A stretch of DNA of 63,983 nt, counting the filler, from Octopus bimaculoides (taxonomy: Eukaryota): NCBI RefSeq assembly GCF_001194135.2. It is 9 parts of 9 records of this genome, joined end to end, with 100 filler letters (N's around TTAATTAATTAA, not from the genome) between each part and the next. Parts side by side here need not be neighbours in the genome. Positions count along the whole stretch, not along the records: positions 48,428 to 54,294 come from NW_026361930.1; positions 54,395 to 60,712 come from NC_068990.1; positions 60,813 to 62,073 come from NW_026348134.1; 6 more parts are not named here. The stretch is one strand, 5' to 3'. A model generated the notes under the pieces. The model saw only the letters and a program-made list of their open reading frames with translations, did not search any database and was not told the origin of the DNA. Every line of letters begins with the position of its first letter. Within the stretch, counting starts at the first letter, position 1. A program made the translations under genes and the position numbers. Positions 51,586-61,463 of the stretch are shown here, one piece after another.

Positions 51586-51825
51586 CACGGGCATATGGCG
51601 TAATGGTTAAGAGCGCAGGCTACTAACCCCAAGATCGGAGTCCGATTCCAAATAGTGACCTGAATAATGATAATAATAATAATAATATCGAAAAAATATC
51701 GTAGGAATGAGAACCCAGGTTCAAAATTTCTCCAAGACACCTGATGAAGGCTGGAGGGTATATCAGCCAAAACGTTGTGTTAACAACAAACAAGATGAGG
51801 ACAAATTTCCATCAAATGTAAATTA
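51586..51825 (+). mobile_element. tRNA-headed short element (family F) with internal (AAT)n and minimal hammerhead-like module
   Basis: A box TGGCGTAATGG (51596-51606), B-box-like GTCCGATTCC (51640-51649), tRNA-Ser-like TGGTTAAG..CTACTAACCCC, (AAT)n spacer, then GACAC-CTGATGA-A-GGCTG/CAGCC-AAAA-CGTT-GTGTT (51736-51781). Confidence 0.75.
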
Positions 51826-52294
51826 AGTATTTATTGTAAATAATAGGTTTAATATTCATAGACAAAAATAAGTGTTATATGTTGTAATTAATTATCTAGG
51901 TACAGCTTAATATATTTTTAAGATTTAGAAATAAATTCTATACAAGGTCGAAAAGAAATAGTGATTACTTACGTGATAAACTTATATATAATCAGATATA
52001 GTACCATCTAGTATATAAGAAAGGTTTCATTTTTTGTTAGTGTATGTCGAAATAGTTGTGTATGTTTTCATAGAGAGGGAAAACGAACCAAAAATAAGCT
52101 GGTGTAATTTGTAGTAATGTAGGGGATACAATAATTAATATGCTGCGATATTTACAGATATTATACGGGTGTACATAGATTTATATATACAAATGTAAAT
52201 ACACTAACACACTGATATAGAAATATGTACACTCAAATACTTGTGTATACATACCAATGCACATATAGTTATATATACCCACACAGCCATATAT

Positions 52295-52713
52295 ATATGC
52301 TGTGCGTGAGAAGACCCGGCAAGCCAAGTAAGATCGTTGCCAGTGCCCCTGGACTGGTTCTTGTGCGGGTGGCACATGAGATGCACCATTTTGAGCGTGG
52401 CCGTTGCCAGTACCGCCTGACTGGCTCCTGTAGGATTTTCGAGCGAGATCGTTGCCAGTGCCCCTGGACTGGCTTGTGCGGGTGGCAAATAAAAGACACC
52501 ATTTCGAGCGTGGCCGTTTTCGTGCGGGTGACACGTAAAAGCACCCACTACACTCTCTGAGTGGTTGGCGTTAGGAAGGGCATCCAGCTGTAGAAACTCT
52601 GCCAAATCAGACTGGAGCCTGGTGTTGCCATCCGGTTTCACCAGTCCTCAGTCAAATCGTCCAACCCATGCTAGCATGGAAAGCGGACGTTAAACGATGA
52701 TGATGATGATGAT
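52295..52713 (+). mobile_element. RTE LINE 3' UTR-only copy (same family as 58390-59563)
   Basis: gatatgctgtgc.tgagaa..ggcaagccaagt junction, internal subrepeats, ttggcgttaggaagggcatccagctgtagaaactctgcc, catgctagcatggaaagcggacgttaaac, (GAT)n tail. Confidence 0.88.
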
Positions 52714-52729
52714 AGGTATATATACATCC

Positions 52730-52764
<35 letters not shown>

Positions 52765-53026
52765 TACATACATACATAAATACACACATACACATGCATG
52801 TACATTCCTACATACACATCGTTATATACACACACATATATGTATAAGCACTCAATAGATACTTACATACTGGTAGGTGGGCATATATGCACATATACAT
52901 GTTTTTAAAAGTTATGATTTGTAACTTGGATAACTGGATATTCAGGTATATTATTATTTTGTAATATATGCATACATATATCCACATATATACATACATA
53001 GATATATACATATACAAATACACATA

Positions 53027-54294
53027 CAGGGGTTGGACAAAATAATGGCAACAACTTAAAATTTCAACCAAATTTTAATATGGGGTAGGACTGCCTTTGG
53101 CAGTAATTACAGCTTGCATTCTACAAGGTTCTTACAAAGTTTGAATTGTTTCTGAAGGAATTTGTGTCCATTTTTCAGCTAAAACAGTCTCCAGTTCTTG
53201 TAGTGATGATGGTGGAGGATATTAACTCCTTGGTTTTCTAAAATGCACCATAGATGTTCAATGATCTTGAGATTTGGGGACTGTGGTGGCCAGATAAGAT
53301 GTTCAGCTTCACTAGAATGTTCCTAGTGCCATTCAGTAACAACTTTGGCTGTGTGAATTGGTGCNNNNNNNNNNCACTAGAATGTTCCTAGTGCCATTCA
53401 GTAACAACTTTGGCTGTGTGAATTGGTGCATTATCATCCTGAAAGATTGCGTTTCCCTCCAGAAGTAGTTCTGCAACAACCATAGGATGAATTTGATCAG
53501 ATAAAATGCTTAAATAGTCTTGACTATAAATTCTGCTATGAAGAGAAACCATTGGGCGGGCGGATTTCCAAGTGTATCCCCCCCCCCCACATCATCACAG
53601 ATCCTCCTCCATGTTTAACAGTTGGAATAAGGGAAGTTTGGATCAAATAATTCTTTTGGCTATCTCCACACGTACACTTGGCCGGTGGTCAGAAATAAGG
53701 TAATGGATGACTTGTTTGAGAAAATAACATTCTGCTCTAGGGACAAATTCTGTAGGTTTTTACTCCACTCTAAATGCTTTGCAATGTTTGTTTTTGAAAG
53801 TAGTGGTTTTCTGATTGCAGCCTTCCTGTGAAATCCGACTCTGTGCAGCTCCCAGTAAACAGCTTTTGTGGAAACTGGGTTCTCGAGGTGGTCATTAAGC
53901 TCTACAGTACTTTCAGGAGCTGTACTTTTGTGATCCTCTCTAATAATTCGCATAAGAGTCCGACCGTCCCTATCTGAAAGTTTTGGCTTTCTTCCGGAGA
54001 TTTGCTTCGGCGAGGAGGTTTTTCCCTCTTTCTCAAAGGCTGTCATTACTTTCAAGACAGTACTTCTTGATACACCAAACATTTCAGCTGTTTTCGTTAC
54101 ACTAGCACCTGCCATACGAGCACCTAACAATTTGACCTCTTTGAAAGTCTGATAGATCTGTTATTATAATGAATCTTAATTACCTCTTTCTATTGGTATC
54201 TGAAAAGAAACAGCAATTTTAACAAAACATATTAAGCAACTCTAATGATAAATAAAAAAAACAACATAAAAATAATCAAGCTTTTAATGGTTTT
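53027..54294 (-). mobile_element. Decayed Tc1-like DNA transposon with DD36E spacing; 5' TIR lost in gap
   Basis: TA then CAGGGGTTGGACAAAATAATGG terminus at 53027. HTH region GARMAGASVTKTAEMFGVSRSTV..SGRKPKLSDRD, AAIRKPLLS, FQDDNAPIHT, WPPQSPNLKIIEHLW. One premature stop and frameshifts. Confidence 0.9.
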
Positions 54295-54394
54295 NNNNNN
54301 NNNNNNNNNNNNNNNNNNNNNNNNNNNNNNNNNNNNNNTTAATTAATTAANNNNNNNNNNNNNNNNNNNNNNNNNNNNNNNNNNNNNNNNNNNN

Positions 54395-55436
54395 ACGATG
54401 TATTTGGCTTACGTTTCAGATTTTCTGCATATTCACGAAATGCCAACGATATAATCGGCTTACGTTTCAGCTTTTCTGCTTATTCACGAAACGCCAACGA
54501 TGTACTTGGCTTACGTTTCAGCTTTTCTGCTTATTCACGAATCTCCAACGATGTACTCGCCTTACGTTTCAGCTTTTCTATTTTTTCACGAAACGCCAAC
54601 GATGTATTTGGCTTACGTTTCAGATTTTCTGCATATTCACGAAATGCCAACGATATAATCGGCTTACGTTTCAGCTTTTCTGCTTATTCACGAAACGCCA
54701 ACGATGTATTTGGCTTACGTTTCAGCTATTTTGCTTAATCACGAAACGCCAACGATGTACTCGCCTTACGTTTCAACTTTTCTGCTTATTCACGAAACGC
54801 CAACGATGTACTCGGCTTACGTTTCAGCTTTTCTGCATATTCACGAAACGCCAACGATGTATTTGGCTTACGTTTCAGCTTTTCTGCTTAATCACTAAAC
54901 GCCAACGATGTACTTGGCATACGTTTCAGCTTTTCTGCTTATTCACGAAATGCGAACGTTATATCTGGCTTACGTTTCAGCTTTTCTGTTTATTCACGAA
55001 ACGCCAACGATGTATTTGGGTTACGTTTCAGCTTTTCTGCTTCTTCACGAAACGCCAACGTTATATCTGGCTTACGTTTCATCTTTTCTGCTTNNNNNNN
55101 NNNNNNNNNNNNNNNNNNNNNNNNNNNNNNNNNNNNNNNNNNNNNNNNNNNNNNNNNNNNNNNNNNNNNNNNNNNNNNNNNNNNNNNNNNNNNCGAAACG
55201 CCAACGATGTATTTGGCTTACGTTTCACGTTTTCTACTTATTCACGAAACGCCAACGATGTATTTGACTTACGTTTAAGCTTTTCTGTATATTCACGAAA
55301 CGCCAACGATGTATTTGGCTTACGTTTCACCTTTTCTAATTATTCACGAAACGCCAACTTGGCTATCATTTCGTATTTATTCACGAAACGCCAACGATAT
55401 ACTTGACTAACGTTTCAGCTTTACTGCTTAGTCACA
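54395..55436 (+). repeat. 51-bp minisatellite/satellite array (about 20 units incl. gap); degenerate units again at about 56858-56935
   Basis: Unit ACGATGTATTTGGCTTACGTTTCAGCTTTTCTGCTTATTCACGAAACGCCA. Unit starts at 54395, 54446 and 54599 confirm a 51-bp period. No intervening spacers. Confidence 0.95.
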
Positions 55437-55439
55437 AGA

Positions 55440-56857
55440 ATATAGTGATATACTCTGATTTTTTTCCTGAAAATTGAGTTGGATTAATTTTTACCTACCA
55501 CTGAAATGTCACTCTTTATATCATTTTATTCCACCGCTGGACGGTGGGGTTCATTCCTCTCCTCCGGACCAAGTGGGTTCACTTGTTATGGAAACGTTTC
55601 ATTCAATATTCTAAATCTTTCTTTGTTGACTAACATGCACTTCGTTCCTTGTCCTAATCCTCTGTTAAATTTACCCTGGAAGTGTATTTTATTTGCGTTA
55701 GTTTTCTTTGAAATTTTCTGTATCGTGCAATATGTTACCAAATATAGTTTCTTTCTGTCTATATTTTTGCCCACCTGTACGTCTTGTGTGTTTGTCTTTA
55801 TTGGTGATACTGTGGGCACGTTGTTTCTGCTTGTCTTCGGTATGATTCTGCCTCCTCTGTCTTGTGTTTCTTTTGTCGTAATTCCTCCTCTGGCGGGTAG
55901 TCTCTCCTTTCTCTCTTCCTGCTTTGTGAACTCTGGTTCCTGTTCCGTGTCTTGGGTCGTTTGCTTCGTTTCCAAGTCCTGTCCTCTATTTCTGCAATCT
56001 CTTTTACTTGTTTGGGACGCCTTTTTTTTTATATGTCGCTTCCGTTCACAAGAATAACAAGTCGGTAGCCTTCCTACCAGCATTACTTCTAGCTTGACCC
56101 CATTGGCCAGCTCTACTTGGTTGACCATGAAGAATATCTCCAGCCCGTACCTCTATCAATTTATTTGTTGGGTCCGGGATACCCGGATTATTTGCACGTC
56201 CTCATCTCTTCCTTCCTCTCCTACGGTGAAGACCGCTACTATTAGCTACTCGGGCTCAATTTCAAGTGGAATCCAGCCTATCCTGACCCTGGTAACACAT
56301 TTGCTTCGGTGGGTAGGCAGGTGTGTCCATTCTTCCGAGTGTAACGCCACAGTGGAGTACCTTCTTGCCTCCCCTTCGGAGACAAAAGTGACTGCCACTG
56401 GGCCGTACCTTCTTCCTCTGGTATAGAAGCCAATATCCTTCAGGTATTCCTCCACTTCTTCCTGAGTTGCAATCTCTATTCTTTTCTTGCTTTTCGAGAA
56501 CGTTCTATAGACTCTCTCTCTCTCTTCTTTCCATTTTCTTCCTCTGGCGCGGAGTGATCAACTTCATGTTAGACCCCTTCCTCTTAAATATATATCTTGG
56601 TATTTTTCAACAAGCTTCACCTTGTAATCCACTTCGTGCTCCTCCAGCAAACTCGGAACCACAGCATCCTGTCTTTCGGTCACTGCAGCGTAGCTTTTCA
56701 CCTCCATTGAGATATCTCTCTCACTTGAAAACAAAGTCACAGGCCAACAAATAAGGAAATCGTTACACTCAGAAAATTCCCTTCTTGATACTACATATAA
56801 AATTACATTCTTAATAATCACCGACTCCAACTGAAAACAGCATAAACTAACTCAAAG
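55440..56857 (-). mobile_element. Frameshifted ORF1 (zinc knuckle) of an L1/Tx1-like element, no ORF2 present
   Basis: Minus-strand pieces MEEYLKDIGFYTRGRRYGPVAVTF..VTRVRIGWIPLEIEPE and VELANGVKLEVMLVGRLPTCYSCERKRHIKKK (degenerate CX2CX4HX4C preceded by GR.P.C), typical of L1/Tx1 ORF1p. Confidence 0.65.
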
Positions 56858-57490
56858 ACGACAATGACACTTGACTTGTCTTACGTTTCGGCCTTTCTGC
56901 TTAATAACGAAACCACAATGACACTTGACTTAGTTCACTTTATTTCTCCTCCTCCTGTCAAAATATCTGTACGGAATTCGTGAATATCAATCTTACCAAT
57001 TTGCCTAGTTTCTTCCCTTTCTTTTATCCAAAATAAACATTCTGGCTGGTGTTACTTCAATAAAAATCGATGTACCTTTTGCTATTTATTCAGCGAGTGT
57101 TAAACGAAACTTCTTTTCCTTGCAAACTATGTTCTTTTCTGTTTCATTGAATTATTTAAATAAATAATGATGAAGAGAAGACCTGCTTGATGCTTTTTAA
57201 TCTTATCATACTGTTAAGACACTCTCTAAACAAACTCGACGATGTGACGTTCATGCGTTCGGCCAGAAATATTGATTTCATAAATGAGATATAAATCGAT
57301 TCCAATCAGAAATCAAATTTACCAAGAACTTACTACCAATCCTACAATACTCATTTGTTTCATAAATATATCAGCTTCTAATGGTTTCTGTGATTATATT
57401 TTAATCTAATGTGAGCTGAAATTGCTCTGGTGAAGGACATAATCCTCTGGGCAAACAGTATGTGTACCCATGATTCATTACTGTCTTTAA

Positions 57491-57709
57491 CCCTTTAACA
57501 TTCAGATTATTCTGTCAAATATCAATCTTTATTCACATGGCTTTCAATTAATCATGCATTATCTTGTAGCTTTGAGATTTCACTGATGTGATTCTTTATT
57601 TTTAGAATGACATATTGCAAGGTAGGTGTGAGAGACCAGATCTGGCTGGCTTGAAAATAAAACAAGCGGAATATTCGGGCCAGATACTGCTGGTTTAAAT
57701 GCTAAAGGG
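57491..57709. mobile_element. piggyBac-type MITE
   Basis: TTAA at 57487-57490 and 57710-57713. Termini CCCTTTAACATT / AATGCTAAAGGG (11/12 inverted match). 219 bp, no ORF. Confidence 0.85.
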
Positions 57710-58389
57710 TTAAACACCTAACCTCACCTTAACATTACCTGTACACTGCCCTTTAACTCTAAGGCGGGGGTGCTACTTGCCCAGGTCAAGAATCACCTTT
57801 CTAAAGTTATGTTTTGATCATGTGGTTGATCTATTTTTCTTTTCTTTTTTTTTTTAGCTCAGGTGATAAAGTGATTGTTGTGAGACATTTCATAAGGTTC
57901 ACTGTTATCTTGATTTTTGTTGTACACTGAATATGTTACTTTTAAAAGTTGGTCGTCTGAATTTCATTGACAATAATACAGAGCCAGATATGAAAAATGT
58001 AATTTAACCTCTCCCCTCTTAAGATCAATAAGAACAATCATAAATAGCAGGATTATATCAGAAACCATGTAGAAGATTCTGTTAAGAATGTCAAATTGGT
58101 TTCAAATGTTTCTAAACTAAACTTAAAAATATACAATAAATTCACAAAACATACATAAACATTGTTAATAACTGTTTTTGATTCCAACTCTCCAAAGACC
58201 ACCCCTGGTTCTATATGAACTTGCTGTTTTAAAGTGATTCTAAATTAAAGTCTACCCGCAAAATTTCATGTTATGGTCCAAACATCAGTATAATGACAAA
58301 TTTATTTTATGAAATTCATTATTTTCATGTACCCAGTGTAAGCTCTGGACACATAAGAGGTGCAGCAATATCAAAGGAAGGTTAACTGG

Positions 58390-59563
58390 GAAGATAGATT
58401 TTGTGTGTGGCAAATGCTCAGGGGCAGTAAACACTGACAATGTACAGAAAACAGATTCCATCACATTCCAAGGGGAAAAACTAGAAGTAGTTGATAGCTT
58501 CCACTACATAGGTGACCAAGTCAGTAGCTGGGGTGGATGCTCTGAGAGTGTAGCTGCTAGAATAAGAATAGCCTGGGCAGAGTTCAGAGAGCTCCTACCT
58601 CTGTTGGTAACAAAGGGCCTCTCGATCAGAGTAAAAGGTAGACTGTATGGTGCCTGTGTGAGAAAAGTCATGCTACATAGCAGTGAAACATGGGTCGTGA
58701 TTGCCAGAATGCTCCGCTGGATGTGTAATGTCAGTGTGCATACACGACAGTGTAAGCGCCCTGAGAGAAAAGTTGGACTTAAGAAGCATCAGATGTAGTG
58801 TGCAAGAGAGACGACTGTGCTGGTATGGTCATGTGTTGCAAATAGATGAGGATAGCTGTGTGAAAAAGTGTCACACCCTAGCAGTTGAGGGAACTTGAGG
58901 TAGACCCAGGAAGACCTGGGATGAGGTGGTGAAGCATGACCTTTGAACATTGGGCCTCACCAAGGCAATGACAAGAGACCGAGACCTTTGGAGATATGCT
59001 GTGCTTGAGAAAATTTGGCAAGCCAAGTGAGACCATGGCGTAAGCCAGTCCTATATAACCAGCCCATTTAAGAGTACCCTTCAATCATTGGACAACAAAC
59101 TACGCTTGCGAAGACCTGTTGAGGCAAGTGAAATCGTTGTCGTGACTGATGATAGTACCGCCTGATTGGCACCTGTACCAGTGGAATGTTAAAAGCACCA
59201 GCTGAGCGTGATCGTTGCCAGGGCAACTGACTGGATCCCGTGCTAGTGGCACGTAAAAAGCACCATTCGAGCGTGATCGTTGTTAGTGTCGCATGACTGG
59301 CTCCTGTGCTGGTGGCACGTAAAAAACACCATTTGATCATGGTTGATGCCAGTACTGCCTGATTGGCCCTTGTGCTGGTGGCATGTAAAAGCATCCACTA
59401 CACTCTAGGTGTGGTTGGTGTTAGGAAGGGCATCCAGCTGTAGAAACTCTGCCAGATCAGATTGGAGCCTGGTGCAGCCTTCTGGCTTGTCAACCCTCAG
59501 TCAAACTGTCCAACCCATGCCAGCATGGAAAGCGGACATTAAACAACAATGATGATAATGATT
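58390..59563 (+). mobile_element. 5'-truncated RTE-clade LINE (RT C-terminus plus 3' UTR)
   Basis: LEVVDSFHYIGDQ..ARIRIAWAEFRELLPLL..KGRLYGACVRKVMLHSSETW..RMLRWMC..ERRLCWYGHVLQ..RPRKTWDEVV, then a 3' UTR with subrepeats and an aaacaacaatgatgataatgat tail. Confidence 0.92.
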
Positions 59564-59836
59564 ATTTTCAAAATTAATTGCGACAAAAGGAAGTGTATTT
59601 CAAGAGGAAGATGGCAATGAAAGGGTTTAGTAAATACCTTTATATATTTATCAAAAACAACTACAATAACCTCGGATCTGGTGCCTCTGTCACCTCTTTA
59701 CTAATCAACTTCATATGTATTCTAATACAAGTTATTTTAAGCCATTTGTTACTGTATTTCTTTGGAAATACTCTGCCTCTAGAAAATTACTATTTTTAAA
59801 TCTCACAACGAGAGATATTCAGCAACAGTTCTTTGG

Positions 59837-60044
59837 AGTAAAGATTGTTTGCCAACATAACATGGCAGTCCTGGTTTAGGACGAACGTTACTGTAATTTA
59901 GCCCCAGGAGACATCATCTCCAGCTGGCTATACGACATGATCTGTATCGTATAGCCAGCTGGAGACGATGTCTCCTGGGGCTAAATTACAGCGACATTCA
60001 TCATAAACCAGGACTGCCATGTTATGTTGGCAAAAATCTTTACT
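59837..60044. repeat. 208-bp foldback inverted repeat
   Basis: Arms 59837-59935 and 59947-60044, about 7 differences in about 99 bp, 11-nt loop CATGATCTGTA. Confidence 0.95.
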
Positions 60045-60235
60045 ACACTGTCTCTGTTTCATATTAATTTTGAAAATAATGAAGAAATTAGTAAAATAAG
60101 TCATTTTTAAGCTGCTGTTCAAAACATAAATTAACATGAAATTTTCTTGGCACATCTTAATTTAGAATCACTTTAAAACTAAGTTTGTATTGTAAAACTA
60201 GCAACAATCTCAAGTGGGTTGGTATCAAACTAGTT
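60045..60235. repeat. AT-rich interspersed repeat, inverted partner at about 58170-58330
   Basis: ttttaaagtgattctaaattaa..aaaatttcatgtta..cattattttca at about 58227-58330 is the reverse complement of tgaaaataatgaag..aacatgaaatttt..ttaatttagaatcactttaaaac at about 60070-60180. Confidence 0.7.
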
Positions 60236-60812
60236 ATGAATCACAAACTGGATCATTCTTTAGTCATGTTTATAATTAGAGAAGGCAGGATTTATGACTA
60301 AACTAATGCTCAATGCTGTATCTAATGAGATAGTATGTTGTCAACTTAAAGTGACAGTCCCATAAAAGGGAAGAATATTACTGTCATTTGGCCCAAGGAA
60401 ACAGTGTTTCCTGTTGGACTTGACACATTTCCTGTGTCCTTATGTTTTCAAAGTGGAGACAAGCACCTCCACCCAGCAAAGCCAGCATCCAGAGTCTAGT
60501 TTCAGAGTCATTGCTCATCATGAGTCTAGAATAGCATGGCTTGCTGGTTGTCGATGCCTATCCGCCTTTGAAAACATATTTCAAGTGAAATACATTCACT
60601 GATTTTTTGAAAATTGAAAATAATATCTAATGTCTTTTTTCTAAAAGTGGCCACAAGTTTGGCCAAGGATTTAATATTTCCCTTTGGTGCTTCCACTGTT
60701 TTACATTTTTCTNNNNNNNNNNNNNNNNNNNNNNNNNNNNNNNNNNNNNNNNNNNNTTAATTAATTAANNNNNNNNNNNNNNNNNNNNNNNNNNNNNNNN
60801 NNNNNNNNNNNN

Positions 60813-60850
<38 letters not shown>

Positions 60851-61321
60851 ATGTATGTATACACGCACACACACACACATGCACACACACATATTTATAC
60901 AAACATATGCATACAGTTTATGAATATGAAATGGGATCGTTAGATTTTGACAGGTTTTGCGCTGAATGTTGGGGAATGCTTATAGAATTCTTCTTCGGAA
61001 CCACAAAGTAACCAAAAGTCGGTTTATGTGTGAGAGAGAGAGAGCAGCAGTCTCTACAGGAGTGGGGGTGTGGTGTGTGTCTGTCAGTGTTTGAGGGGGC
61101 GGGTTTAAATTTTTTCTTTTTGATAAAATATTGATAGTTAACTCAAGATGGAATTTTCTATGCATCAAAAATGTTTCTTGCTATATAATATCTATCAACC
61201 ATGTCATTCATACATACACACATACATACATACATACAAACATACATACATAAATTCATAAATGCATGTATATAAACACACACACACAAATATATATATA
61301 TATGCATATATGTATGTGTGC

Positions 61322-61402
<81 letters not shown>

Positions 61403-61421
61403 TACATGCATACACACACAG

Positions 61422-61463
<42 letters not shown>

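Noticed and set aside
53310-53429. 55-bp direct duplication inside the Tc1 transposase
   Set aside because: The two copies are identical and separated by 10 N, consistent with an unmerged contig overlap.
54395-55436. CRISPR-like regular repeat
   Set aside because: Head-to-tail units without unique spacers, eukaryotic context and no cas genes: a satellite.
57863-57930. Candidate terminal VAMP exon (GDKVIVVRHFIRFTVILIFVVH*)
   Set aside because: Good acceptor and compatible phase, but it lacks the rest of the SNARE motif, the WW/basic linker and a full-length transmembrane helix.
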